Shown here: piece by piece, positions 51,273-64,000 of the stretch
Numbering within the stretch: position 1 is the stretch's first letter
Layout of the letters: each line of letters starts with the position of its first letter
Source of the DNA: Octopus sinensis
Lineage: Eukaryota
Assembly (NCBI RefSeq): GCF_006345805.1
Contig: NW_021834786.1
Coordinates: forward strand, 7,647 to 71,646
Reading direction: 5' to 3'
Length of the DNA: 64,000 bases
The notes under the pieces: model-generated
What the model was told of the DNA's origin: nothing
Database searches by the model: none
Seen by the model: the letters and a program-made list of their open reading frames with translations, nothing else
Made by a program: the position numbers and the translations under genes

Positions 51273-51341
51273 GGTTTGTTTATGGCTGTAACTGGGCTTG
51301 GTTACTCAACTAGCCCCCTATTTGGAGGAATACTTTATGAT
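51273..51341 (+). CDS. Gene B exon, about TM5 (MFS motif C region)
   Basis: ttatttcag| and |gtaagt; 69 nt, phase 0/0. GLFMAVTGLGYSTSPLFGGILYD, comparable with GLGLILGPPVGGFLYQ. Confidence 0.9.
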
Positions 51342-52369
51342 GTAAGTATGATTACATAATTATCTCTATTGAATTTTTGCTGCGAGAGAATGAAAACATA
51401 TGAGATGTGTCGGGTAACTAGCTGACGTTTAGCTGCAGTTAAACAAATGTATGGTCAACGATGTTCCAGAGAGAACCGTTTTCAGATTTAGCGTACGCAG
51501 GACAGTATTACCCAACGTATATTTTGTTTTTATGAAAGCAGGGTAAAATTTGAGGGAGAAGGCAGCTATTTCTTGCATGCCGACAGACCATGTAGAAGTC
51601 GCCTCACTTATGTTCTGTCACAAGCATTGCACTGAGTTTGTGATCAAGTTACTTCAATTTCAACATCTGAGCCATCTGAATTCATTTAAGAGGCTCTTCA
51701 AGAAACATAGTTCACAGCTGTAAACATTATCATTATTTTAATGAGGCTTGCAGTTGAGGTTAATTCTTCACGTGAGAATAGTTACCTGAAATAATCTAGT
51801 CGTATCCAGTAATTCTTTTTTTACTTTTTATCTCTTTATCACTAAAGTAAGTGGAATTAAAGATCGTAATTATTGACCTTTGTGTCAGGGAAAGATTATA
51901 CACTGTGTGAAAAATATAGACTCCACCCCAAAACTGGATTTATACACCATAAAGATGGCTACATACAATAATAAACATGGAATAGGAATATATATTCTTT
52001 AATTGCCAATAAATTAAATTATGACACATCTAATCGGCAAAATGTAAAGTCTATGATACAAATGGTGTTTCAATTTCACAGTCAAGTAATATTACTTGAA
52101 ATTAAGTGAAATTTTCAGAAATATAAATGGATATAACTATTTACAAGAAGCGTTGATGGAGTGTATATACAGTTTTGTGTGTGTACATGCAAATGAATCA
52201 TCAAATGTAAACGAAAGCGCGTTCATGTATGTGTGTATACCAATAAATGTATGGCTATAGAAATTTTTAGTACACGTATATAAAGAGTATATACATGTGT
52301 TACAATCCAGTTAATAGGTACTTTCAATGGATTCAAGGTGAAAAAATAATCTTCTCTATTAAAACTTTG

Positions 52370-52547
52370 AGGTGGGGGTAAGTCAATTACATCGACCCCA
52401 GTTCTCAGCTGGTACTTATTTTATCCACTCCGAAAGGATGGAAAACAAAGTTGAACTCGGCAAAAATTGAACTCAGAACATAAAGACGAAGGAAATGCTG
52501 CAAAGCATTTTGCCCTGTCTGCTAACGATTCAGCCAGCCCGCCACCT
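52370..52547 (-). mobile_element. OR-like SINE
   Basis: Reverse-complement match to the 34110-34341 family. Confidence 0.7.
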
Positions 52548-54044
52548 GAAGGTGGAAAAATAATGAAATTTAAGTTCCCGGATCATAGATTGTCTGTACA
52601 GTTCGTTTCAAGCAACAGATCTTGAAAACGTAGTGAATCTGTAAAAGATGTTGGTTTATAATTTGTTGCGCTACTGACTGTCATTGCACAGTTGATACAA
52701 GCCGTTGTATCACAGCTGAACTGTGTCTGCTGCTACAATGGCTGTGGGATATTGTTTGCTGAATGGCTGCTGACACCACTATCAAGGATTAGGTAAGCCA
52801 CTTGATATACCTGACTGAGAGGAATTAATTCAATAATTCGGACATCTACTAAGTCCATGGGCGTGAGTTTACATCAGTAATGCAAATATCTATCACCTTC
52901 TGTTTCCTATATGTATAAATATCCCCTAAATCTGGGCTTAGTGGTTTAACGTTTTTCATGCCTGTTCCTTGACTATGGGTACAAAAGATGACAGATAACT
53001 TTTCTTTGAAAAGGAAGCCGATCTATCTAAGATAATATTTACTATTGATTTCGTAGTATCTAACACATTCGAACGACTAGGTGAACCGAGGCAATAGCGA
53101 TATTTGATCAAGTTATTTTTATTGTTTGCACTCCGGTAAAGATGACTGTCCATCCATAAACATTGCAAGTCGTTTAGAAATGTGCTCTTTCGAAACACTA
53201 GTGTGTTTGATGCAGTTCATGTGAAACTTAAATTTTCTGTTAAATAGTTTGTTGTTTCATAGATTAGACTGTTGCAGAAATAATAGAAGAAACAAAGGGA
53301 TGACACACAGACTAACTTATAGTCTAACTTATCTGAAAATTTGTAATAGAATATTTTTCTTTAGATATGTTAGCTTTTCTCAAAGATTGGGCGCTCAACA
53401 ATTGTACATAATGTTATAACTGTTCAGGTGTGAATTAGTGTCTAGTTCTCAAGATGAAGATGTGAGTCTATTATAGATTTATAGAGTTTATGTGTCGTTT
53501 ATTTCTAGGTGACACATAAGCTCAATAATTTGAACATATGATACATGGGAAGATAACCCAATGCTTATACCTTCGGCCATCTCGTCTGTACCTTGAAAAA
53601 TTAATTTCAGTCTCCCCTTTAGACACAAGACAATTGTTTAAGTACGAAACTGACCATAGTAAATCAAAGAATATTTATTGAAGAGTTGTAATAAGATCAG
53701 ATAATGCAAGATAGATAAAATTGGATAGAATAGGATCTGAGATGGTATGATAAAATACTATACTACGTAATATGTATATTATAAATAAAATAAAAGATAG
53801 GCTATGAAAGAACAAAAACCAAGCATTTACTTAGGCTACTTCAAAAGTCTGTTCCGTTCCATGAATTTATGTTTCTCTGCATATGCAAAAAAAAAATAAT
53901 AATAATAAATCAGATATTTTCGAATATAACGTGTTAAAGAGGAGTCCAAGGACCAAGTTTTTGGAACAATACATAGCTAATAGCAATAAACAATATTAAA
54001 TCGCCACAACAGAGTCAACCATAATTGTATTAAATCTTTTTCAG

Positions 54045-54132
54045 CTTGGCGGATTCGATTTACCTTATCTGATATATGGTACACAGCTTGCCATTTGTTT
54101 ACCATGCGATATATACCTTCTAAGGAGCTCGA
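54045..54132 (+). CDS. Gene B exon, about TM6
   Basis: tctttttcag| and |gtaagt; 88 nt, phase 0/1. LGGFDLPYLIYGTQLAICLPCDIYLLRSS (GGF.LP motif). Later exons were not found in the window. Confidence 0.88.
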
Positions 54133-54168
54133 GTAAGTGTTTTATAATATAATATAATTTAACAAGAT

Positions 54169-54551
54169 ACTCTTTTACTTGTTTCAGTCATTTGACTGCG
54201 GCCATGCTGGAGCACCGCCTTTAGTCGAGCAAATCGACCCCGGGACTTATTCTTTGTAAGCCCAGTACTTATTCTATCGGTCTCTTTTGCCGAACCGCTA
54301 AGTCACGGGGACATAAACACACCAGCATCGGTTGTCAAGCAATGCTAGGGGGACAAACACAGACACACACACATACACATACATATATATATACATATAT
54401 ACGATGGGCTTCTTTCAGTTTCCGTCTACCAAATCCACTCACAAGGCTTTGGTCAGCCCGAGGTTATAGTAGAAGACACTTGGCCAAGGTGCCACGCGGT
54501 GGGACTGAACCCGGAACCATGTGGTTGGTAAACAAGCTACTTACCACACAG
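54169..54551 (-). mobile_element. OK-like SINE
   Basis: Same family as 7224-7627. Confidence 0.85.
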
Positions 54552-54579
54552 CTATTCCATTATAATTTTAATATAATAT

Positions 54580-55430
54580 ACTGTCTTCATTCGAAAAATA
54601 AAACGTAAAGTTTTTGGAAAGTAAATTTATTTTACTTGCAATTCAATGAAACTTGACTTCTACAAAATAGTTCCATATATTGTGGATGCAAGGAGCCTAG
54701 CATTTTTCCAATTTTGCAGTGCATTTTTAGAGGTGGTGAGAAGTTCTTGCATTGAATACTTTTCGATAGCTTTTATAATGACTGAAATTGGCAACCGTTC
54801 AGAATAAATTTTAAATTGTGAAGATAAAAAATCCTAAGTGACCAAATCTGTAAAATACGGTAGTAGGGAAATAAACGTCGTCCAATGTTTTACCAAAACG
54901 TTAGGGATAAAAAGTGACGTATGAGCTGGGGCCATTTTGTGCAGCATCAAGATTTTATGCTACAGGCCTCTCCTTTTACACTGTCTTTCTGAAATGTCTC
55001 AAGATATCCAAGTAAACACTCTGGTCGTTTGAACACAAGAAACAAACTCATGATGAATGAGATTCTTCCAACCAAAACTGACGATCAACATCCCCTTCGC
55101 ATTTGAGTATCTCTGAGGCACTTTTCTGGTCGAAACAGCACTGGTTCCACTCTATTGTGACAACTATCTTTTTGCTTCTGCATCGCAATCGCACACCTGT
55201 TATGGCATTTTCAGAATGTTTTCATCAGCGTTCTAACTACCAAACAGCACCAGTTCTCTTTTCCTTCATCCCACAACAGATGCAACACTAACTTTGCGAC
55301 TTCACGATGCATCTTTAATATATTATCACGTAGCACGAATTTTTACGCACGTCTACTTTAGAAACTTTACGGATAATTAAATGAGGGTTTTCATGGATAT
55401 ACAACTCACACATTCAAAATATGATCACGA
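54580..55430 (-). mobile_element. mariner remnant
   Basis: Minus strand KGMLIVSF..IHHEFV, LH..APAHTS, PYFTDLVT.DF. Confidence 0.7.
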
Positions 55431-55782
55431 TTAGATGCTGTAGGAAGTTACAGGGACGTAAACACACCAACATCAGTTGTCAAGTGATGGTGAGGGGTAA
55501 ACACAGCCACACAAATCCACTCACAAGGCTATGATCAGCCCGAGGCTATAGTAAAAGATATTTTCATATCATAAGGTCCCACGCATGAGTACTGAACCCC
55601 AATCCATGTGGTTAGGAAGCAGGCTTCTTACCACACAGCCACTTCTGCGCCTAATACGATATATGATATGAAATATGATATGATATGATACAAGTAATAT
55701 TTCTAATTTTGGTGATCAGTGAATAGATTTCACTGAAAATATATATGTTTGCGGAGGCTTGGCAAACATCTCAACTAGCAGG

Positions 55783-57482
55783 TCTTGTGTCGTTCAGACG
55801 TTTTTTTTTAAAGTTCGTGCGGTGAAAACGTTATGCTGTTGTAAAAACGGCGTTACACGTTCGGTTCTCTTGGGAAGTCGGAAAAGTCGCTTTGAGTCAT
55901 AAGGATTACTTGTCTTTATTGTTTTTCACTGGAGAATTTAGTCTGTCTGTGTGAGACAGACGAGGGAAAATGAGTTTTTCCGCATTAAGAGGAAGAATGG
56001 AGGAAACAAGAATGTTCAGCGAGTCGGACATGTCGTCTTCCGAAGAAGAATTGGTGGAAGCGGTAGAAATAATGGACATGATACAACAGAAAAGGACATA
56101 CGCAGGTGCAGCGAAGCCGGTGGAAAAAGAAATAAATCTGGCAAAATTACCGGAATGCCAGGACATATTAAAAAGAGTGAATGGAGAGGTGGAGTTGTTG
56201 CTGCCCAACAGGAAAAAAAGTAAAATGGAAAAAAAGAAAATAATATACAGAGTATTAGCAAACGACAAGAACAGCACAGATATAATAAACATGGAAATGA
56301 TAGAGGAGGCCTTAAGAACAACAGAGGAAGAAATAGTATTCCTCGCAAGAGGAAATAAGTATGCCACAGTGGTGGTGCAGTATATAAATGAGGAAACTGC
56401 GGAAGAATGGCTACAAAGACGATAAAAAATGGGAAAATAATACTTCTACCCACTCATCTGGGGAGAAGAACATGAAGAATTAGGGTGGAGGGAATGCCAC
56501 CGAATATCGAAGCAGAATTAGTAATAGCAGCAGTTATCTGCGGTAATGAAGATAAGGTCGACATAGTCCAAGCGACTATAACAGAAGATAAAGGATGGAT
56601 AGGAGCGACGCTGGAAATGGGCGTCCAGGCAGAAATGGAAACCCTACAAAGTTTGTCGGAGTCGATTACGACAAGTGATATAACGATGAAAGTATGTGTG
56701 GAGGGCAGAGCCCCTCGTTGTTATAGATGTGGTCTGAAAGGCCACATAAGAGCAAACTGCAATACGACAGTGGAACAGATAACCAAGGAAACAGCAATGG
56801 AAACGGTAGCACCCCAGAAGGAAACAGAAGAAAAGGAGAGTCGAGTGAAGGAAGACGGAAAAGAGTGGGAAACCCCAGGAAAAAGAAAACAGCGGAAAAG
56901 AAAAAAGGCAAGTAACTGTGAACCCCAACCCACCCCAGCACCACCCTCACCCACTGTGTCCCACCCCGTCCCTGCACACACTAATTCCACCCACTCCCCA
57001 GCAACAAGAAAATAGAAAACAGACAAACAAACGATAGCACAAAACCCCCACTCTGAAAAATATTGTACAGGTATTATTGACAACAAACATTTATATGAAA
57101 GATTGAAAATATGGGGAAAGATAGAAATGCCAGATGGCTGGCATCAGAAAATGGAAATAGTATTGTCAAAAAATCAGGTTGAGGAACTTGAAAAGGAACT
57201 TGAGGATGAATATATGTTAAAAAGAGGAACACTGGCACCGGAAAAGAGGAATAAACTAGAAGAAATATACGAGGTTGAATTTGTAGACTTTGTGGTTTTC
57301 GCGGTAAAATAGGAATAAAAAGGTAAGTGATGTTGACTGATGGAGCAGTTAACATCACTTTCATCTCTCATTATTTGACCTTTTTTCTCATTTTATCATA
57401 CAATGATTTTTTTATGTTTTATGTTCCCAATGTGTTGTAGTGTCCCCTCTATGTAAGACCTTTTATGGTTAATAAAAAATCA
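55783..57482 (+). mobile_element. ORF1-only non-autonomous non-LTR retroposon (HAL1-like/Tx1-derived)
   Basis: Perfect 12 bp TSD TCAACTAGCAGG (55771-55782, 57483-57494); AATAAA and an A-rich 3' end; zinc-knuckle ORF; no RT or endonuclease. Confidence 0.8.
55970..57015 (+). pseudogene. ORF1/gag-like zinc-knuckle protein with one frameshift and one stop
   Basis: ORFs 55970-56425 and 56485-57015 join via ..ATKTIKNGKIILLPTHLGRRT*RIRVEGMPP; CCHC CYRCGLKGHIRANC; basic KRKQRKRKK tail. Confidence 0.75.
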
Positions 57483-57503
57483 TCAACTAGCAGGACTTGC
57501 TAC

Positions 57504-57548
57504 CCTAGACTGGTGACGAGAAGACTCAGAAACATGCATGTCTCTAGG
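57504..57548 (+). ncRNA. Hammerhead ribozyme, core-mutated copy
   Basis: CCUAGA-CUGGUGA-c-GAG aaga CUC-a-GAAAC-AUGCAU-GUC-UCUAGG; perfect stem I, CUGA changed to CUGG. Confidence 0.65.
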
Positions 57549-57763
57549 TGCAGGCCCTAGCTGGTGGGGGTGCTTGTCTCTCCTTCGCAAATATAAGGAC
57601 ACAGGAAATGTGTCAAAGCCGACAGGAAGCGTGGATGCATCCTAGGGCTAAATAGTGGTGGTGTGTTACCCTTTACGGGACTGTCACGTTAAGTTGACAG
57701 TATACAACCACTCTATCGCTCCACCACCGCTCATATCTCTTTGAGATATTTAGAAATTTAATA

Positions 57764-57824
<61 letters not shown>

Positions 57825-57957
57825 ATAATCTTGTAGTAGATTAATCAAAAGTTTAACTGATACCTTGGTAGCAAAAATCCCAGCAGTAAACAGCACGGTT
57901 GGAGGTACAACCATATGGTGTTGCAACCGTGCGTTGGTGCGGATAATTGAAATTAAA

Positions 57958-58023
57958 ATATTATTGGTGAATTGAAGAAATGGAGCTGTTCAATCTGCGT
58001 TCAGCTCCATTTCTTCAATTCAC

Positions 58024-58032
<9 letters not shown>
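57958..58032. repeat. Perfect 31 bp hairpin with a 13 nt loop
   Basis: atattattggtgaattgaagaaatggagctg / cagctccatttcttcaattcaccaataatat. Confidence 0.95.
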
Positions 58033-58074
<42 letters not shown>

Positions 58075-58152
58075 GTATATGTGTGTATATATGTATATGT
58101 ATATCTATATATGTATATGTATATCTATATATGTATATGTATATGTGTATAT

Positions 58153-58187
<35 letters not shown>

Positions 58188-58277
58188 CACATATATATAT
58201 ACACATACACACACACACATACACACACATATATATATATATATATTCAAAGAGATTCCAACTCTGTTTTTCACATT

Positions 58278-58660
58278 TTACTCTTTTACTTGTTTCAGTC
58301 ATTTTACTGCGGCCATGCTGGAGCACCGCCTTTAGTCGAGCAAATCGACCCCGGGACTTATTCTTTGTAAGCCCAGTACTTATTCTATCTGTCTCTTTTG
58401 CCGAACCGCTAAGTAACGGGGACATAAACACATCAGCATCGGTTGTCAAGCAATGCTAGGGGGACAAACACAGACACACAAACATACACACACATATACA
58501 TATATACGACGGGCTTCTTTCAGTTTCCGTCTACCTCACAAGGCTTTGGTCAGCCCGAGGCTATAGTAGAAGACACTTGGCCAAGGGCCTCGCAGTGGGA
58601 CTGAACCCGGAACCATGTGGTTGGTAAGCAAGCTACTTACCACACAGCCACTCCTGCGCC
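58278..58660 (-). mobile_element. OK-like SINE
   Basis: Same family as 7224-7627. Confidence 0.85.
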
Positions 58661-58929
58661 TTTTATTTATAATCTTCTAATATTAATATGAGATATAAAA
58701 TAATATAGTAAAAAGAAATGAAATGAAATATTAATTGTCTATTCTTATTGAACAAATGAAATATTAAGTGTTCATTCTTATTGAACTGGTATACTTTCTT
58801 GCATTTACACAATCTTTTGGTTCATTGGTGGTGACAGTTCTGATCATTGGTTTCAACTGTGGTTGACTGGTTAAATTTTGTCCTTTATATACATTCCTGT
58901 GGATAGAAGTAGTAGTTGCTTGGCTATTT

Positions 58930-59655
58930 TTAGTACAAAGCATGAAAAGTTTTACTTAAAATATTGCAGTTATTGAATATTATAAATTATTTGATTTTAA
59001 TTTTCAAAGTAACATTATAATTTAAAAAGGTACCATAATTTTTTTAAAATATCGGTACACTAGAATACTTAAAAAATCAGAGCCAGAAGTACAAATATAG
59101 CTAAAGTTTTATGCAAAGTAGAATAGTATATACTGTAGGCAAATTCATTATGTAAAAATAGGCATTGTTCAGGACTAAAAATGTGAAGACTTAGCAATAC
59201 CTTAGGCAATAACTCGAGCAAATTTTACTGTGAATTTGTTATAGGTAGATTTTACTGTAATATCTAACTAATTTTGTATTATTATATTTATTGTACTAAC
59301 TATGTATTACTCTTACTTTTTATAACCTATTTTCAAATTTTTAATAATTAATAATAATTTAAAAAATGAATTTTTTGGAGTTACTTTTAATTTTTAATGG
59401 AAGTAACAAGTAATAACAAATAGAAGTAATAAATTGTAATATTTTTTTTAGTTTTAATAAAAGCTAATATCTTCTAAATCTAAATATTGTGTTTGAATCC
59501 TTAGTTGCAATATTTTAAGTAAAAAATTGTCTTGTTCTGTACTTCACCAGATGTAATAACTTAGCCTAAATTTTTCCAAGTGCAATAATTTGTCCTGTAC
59601 ATTTCCAAATAATAATCTTAAGAGTATTATTTCTCTTGCTGGCATTTCTCTATGT
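58930..59655. mobile_element. AT-rich MITE copy 2 (left end decayed)
   Basis: Colinear with 8404-9136 (e.g. tatagctaaagttttatgcaaagtagaatagtatata). Confidence 0.75.
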
Positions 59656-59659
59656 AATG

Positions 59660-59692
59660 TATGTAAATATGTATATATGTATATATATACAT

Positions 59693-59762
<70 letters not shown>

Positions 59763-59864
59763 TATGCATGTATGTATCTATATATATATATATATATATT
59801 TAATATATAAATATATACATATATATATAACTACATATATATACATATATATATATATATATGT

Positions 59865-59933
<69 letters not shown>

Positions 59934-60066
59934 ATACATATACTTATGTGTATATTCATATACATATATATATATATACATACGTATTATATATATATAT
60001 TAAATATATATATATATATGTACATATAACACACATATTATATATACATATACATATGTGTATATT

Positions 60067-60144
<78 letters not shown>

Positions 60145-60151
60145 ATATATA

Positions 60152-60201
<50 letters not shown>

Positions 60202-60207
60202 ATTATA

Positions 60208-60267
<60 letters not shown>

Positions 60268-60305
60268 TGTATATGCTTACATACAAACGTGTATGTGTGT
60301 GCATA
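59660..60305. repeat. Long compound (AT)n/(CA)n microsatellite
   Basis: Seen directly. Confidence 0.95.
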
Positions 60306-60575
60306 TTTATTAACGCTTGTAATTGTTAAATATAAATATAGTTATGACAATAACTGAAGGAGGATCACTCAATATATTTGTCACCATACATTCACATATC
60401 CCACCACACCTGCTACCTCTCAGACTTTATGACTGGTTGAGTTCCCTTAATTGTATCTCTGAAGTTGATTTCAACACTCGACCTACCGATAAGTGGTACA
60501 CTATCTAATCCGATAGGATATCTGACTTCATAATTTTCAGTATAGTAATATATTGGATGTTATGTACAAAACAGT

Positions 60576-60805
60576 GGAGGCGCGTGGCTTAGTGGTTAGG
60601 GTGTTGGACACATGATTTTGATTTCGATTCCTGAACCGGGCGACGCGTTGTGTTCTTGAGCAAAACACTTCATTTCACGTTGCTCCAGTTCACTCAGCTG
60701 GCAAGAATGAGTAATCCTGCGATGGATTGGGGTCCCGTCCAGGTGGGGAATATATTCGTCATTGAAACTGACCCTCATGAGCCTGGGATGGCTTGAGAAG
60801 GAAAC
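60576..60805 (+). mobile_element. tRNA-derived SINE (third family)
   Basis: A box TGGCTTAGTGG, B box TTCGATTCC; homologous to 19085-19302. Confidence 0.8.
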
Positions 60806-61202
60806 ATTTATTTTTATTTATTATGTACAAAACACTCTACTGTCGTTACTGCAGGCATTTCTCTCATGGTTGATATCAATATTTATCGTAAATTAACCCT
60901 GGCAACGCATGTACTTCACTCCTGATTCATCAAAAACAACTTCATGGTTGACTAAAACCATTTTAGATATGCACTCGGCTAATGAGAACTAAAAGTTTCA
61001 CTATGTAAAAACTAACATTTCCTTTTTCCGCGCTGAGATTCGAAACCGAATCTAAGACTTCTCGCTCGTCTGACCACCACTGACCAAACAGGCGCAAAAG
61101 AAATTTTTTTGTCCTGTCAAAAAAATGAAGGATGGTTCCCCTTTGACCTTCAACCTCAGCCGTGTCATGTAAGGTTCAAGTGGACAGGAGGCGACCTACA
61201 TA

Positions 61203-64000
61203 TGTAGGAATTTCTCATGTGGTATGTCTGTCCTTCTAGCTGTCAAGACCATTATAAATATTGCAAACCGTCAAGGGAAGGCAGGGAGAGAGAGATAGTC
61301 AGAGGCGAGACGGCCAGAAAGTAACTTCGCCAGTTAAGCAGGCAATAGAGAACCAGATATTCAGCATGAACGACCCTACACAGTAGCAGACGCAGAACAT
61401 AAACAGACACCACTGAATGACCAACGCACACACAGATACAAAACATGTCTGGTTCTACCTCATCATATTGACTCAGTATTTACCCTGTTAATTTCTACTT
61501 GGCCAGCTCGAAGTAAGTTGGTAATGTCATGTAGTGAGATTTTTGATGTATACAAGTAAATGCAAGTGTCGTTTAAATAAATTATTTAAACTACAATCCG
61601 ATGTTTTCCTATTGTTTTACTTTGACGTCGTCCACATGCTTATTTCATCTGCAACCCCAACATCTTTTGCTACACCTTTCCCACTACATTTGGAGACCCT
61701 GACTAAGAATGACAGCCTTCATTTCACCTGTCGCTAAATCAGAACTGAAAAATTGCTGCGATTAATCGTCACACAATGGCTCTATCAGAACACAACCCAG
61801 TGGCGAACACATCTACGGTCAACATGGCATACCAGGCAGCGATTACGTTCAGGATTCCACCATTTTGGACGCACGACCCTGCAGTATGATTTCACCATAT
61901 CGAGGCCCAGTTTCTTCCAGCCGAATAGTGAACGATGCGTCTCGCCTTACGCACTTGATTGGTTCCCTGTCGCCAGAGATCATGAGCGTAGTCCGTGATC
62001 TCATTATGGCACCATCCGGTTGTGTGTCATATGACACTTTTAAAACCACCCTGATCAACAGGACTTCAGAGTCCCAACAAAAGTGACTCCAACAGCTCCT
62101 TACGTCAGAAGAATTAGGTGATAGAACGCCTTCTCAGCTTCTACGAAGAATGAAATAGCTTTTTGGAGATGAGATTCTCCCCAAAAAGATTTTTAAGCAT
62201 TTTTTTTTCCAGTGTCTGCCCTCCAACACGCAGGTGATAGTCACTTCCGCACAAGAATCCACTTCCATTGAGGAACTGGTGGAGCTAGCTGACAAAATTG
62301 CCGAGGTACAGCATAGATATTCAACGATATCGACGGTGACCCCCTACAAATCCTTTCCTTTCCGTCACCAGTGCTTCCGAAATTTCGGGCTTGCGCTCAT
62401 TGATAACGCAGCAGGTATCGCAGATACAGGCCCTGACAACACAGATACAAGTCCTATCGCTTGGTACACCGCGTCGAAGTAACAGCCGATCGCGTCGATT
62501 CGGTAGACGGTTCCGAAGCCCAAGTGCCACCAGTAACTCGCAGGAAACTTGGTACCACCGAAAGTTCGGAACACGGGCGCAAAAATGGACGATCCTTGTT
62601 CGTTTTCAGCATCCCATTCGGGAAACGACACAGCCAGGAATTGAACACGATGGAAGTTCCTGGCTCTCACCCACAAAATCGCCTGTTTTTCGTTTGCGAT
62701 CGTATAACAAGCATGCGTTTCCTTGTTGACACTGGCGCGGACGTCAGCATAATCCCTGTTTCCTGCACTTCAGGTAAAAGAAAAGAGACACCAGTCTGCC
62801 TTCAGGCAGTCAACCACTTGCCGATTCTAACACTGAACTTAGGACTACGCCGTACCTTCCAGTGGGTTTTCGTCATCGCTATCTTAGGAGCCGATTTCCT
62901 TCATCATTTCGGTCTCCTAGTACAGAAGACTTGTCGACAGCACCACTCAGCTTACTGTGCGGGGTATAACCGCTCGTATGGCCACAGTCAGCCCAGCTAT
63001 TTTGCAAACAACGACAACCCGTCACAGTACTATCCTTAAAGAATAGCCGGTCGTCGCTCGACCAGTATTCCATAGTAAACCTATAAAACATGAAATCATC
63101 CACCACATCACGACCAGCGGTCCACCTGTTGCTGCACAACCTCGAAGGTTACCACCAGATCGTCTCAAAGCTGTCAAACAAGAATTCCAGCACATGCTCG
63201 ACCTCGGAATCATCCGCCGGTCTAGCAGCAACTGGTCCTCGCCAATACACTGCGTTCCTAAAAAGTCTTCAACCGATTGGCGAGTTTGCGGTGATTATCT
63301 ATCGCTAAATAACTGCACTGTATCTGATGCATATCCTGTTCCAAATCTACAGGACTTTTCTAGCTTGCTGCATGGAGCTCGCGTCTTTTTAGAGATCGAC
63401 CCTGTGCGAGCTTACAATCAAATCCCTGTGGAACCTGCGCATATTCCGAAGACAGCAGTCACGACACCCTTCGGAATGTTTGAATTCCTGTGTATGCTTT
63501 TCGGTTTACGCAACGCGGCACATACATTCTAACGGTTAATAGACACAGTTATCAGAGGTTTGCCTTTCGTCTATGCATACATAGACGATGTGCTTGTGGC
63601 CAGTAGCTCAGACGAAGAGCATGATCAACACCTGCACCTGCTATTCGAAAGCCTGCGCAAATACGGTATTGTTATCAACCCCAGCAAGTGTTCGTTCGGA
63701 GTTACTTCATTTTCTCGGACACATCGTCGATAAGGATGTCATTCGCCCATTTCTCGAGAAAGTCAAAGCCATCGTGGATTTTCCACCACCCAAATTCTCC
63801 GCAAATTGCGAGAATTTCTTGGCTTGGTAATTTTTTACAGATTTTTACCCCACTGTTCAGAGACAGCACAGCCTCTCACGAATATGCTGCGACAGCGAAC
63901 ATGCAAAAATACAAACATTGCCCTGAGTGAAGGACAACTTACCTCTTTCGCTGCCTTGAAAAAAATGTTTTCTAACGCTACCATGCTGGTGTATCCCAAA
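61203..64000 (+). mobile_element. Ty3/gypsy (Mag-like) LTR retrotransposon, pseudogenised, running off the window
   Basis: Probable LTR TGTAG..CTACA 61203-61688; decayed tRNA-Trp PBS TGGAGACCCTGAC at 61691; gag IPPFW..EELGDRTPSQLLR; protease FLVDTGADVS; RT SSNWSSPIH..CGDY..FGLRNAA..YIDD. Confidence 0.92.

Larger units (their letters stand above)
55695..57771 (+). mobile_element. Hammerhead retroelement copy 2 (~352 nt monomer), split by a 1.7 kb insertion
   Basis: 55695-55782 plus 57495-57771 are colinear with 4910-5257; ends atatttctaat(AT)n. Confidence 0.8.

Noticed and set aside
60855-60925. cag| acceptor as the next gene B exon
   Set aside because: The required phase hits a stop after ~23 codons and shows no TM7 similarity.
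61025-61095. Minus-strand tRNA-like sequence
   Set aside because: It has A/B-box-like motifs but no consistent cloverleaf; probably a decayed SINE head.

Overview
AT-rich, microsatellite-dense animal genomic DNA. An octopod cephalopod is the most likely source, inferred from octopus-type tRNA-SINEs and the repeat landscape. Most ORFs in the track are microsatellite artefacts. By hand I recover two tandem, same-strand, divergent SLC18B1-like MFS transporter genes built from small GT-AG exons that the track misses. Gene A is the 3' half (6 exons, 402-21368) and its last exon is duplicated. Gene B is a 5' part (5 exons, 42429-54132). Introns and the intergenic gap hold decayed Ty3/gypsy (x3), Dong/R4, Tx1, RTE, CR1, Penelope, mariner (x3), Helitron, MITE and SINE copies. 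The most interesting signal is a set of small non-coding hammerhead-ribozyme retroelements (retrozyme/Penelope-pLTR-like). One ~300-350 nt circularly permuted family occurs twice, and one of those copies is split by a 1.7-kb ORF1-only retroposon with a 12-bp TSD. A separate 487-bp hammerhead element with a 13-bp TSD sits inside a mariner. All calls are by eye, with no database searches.
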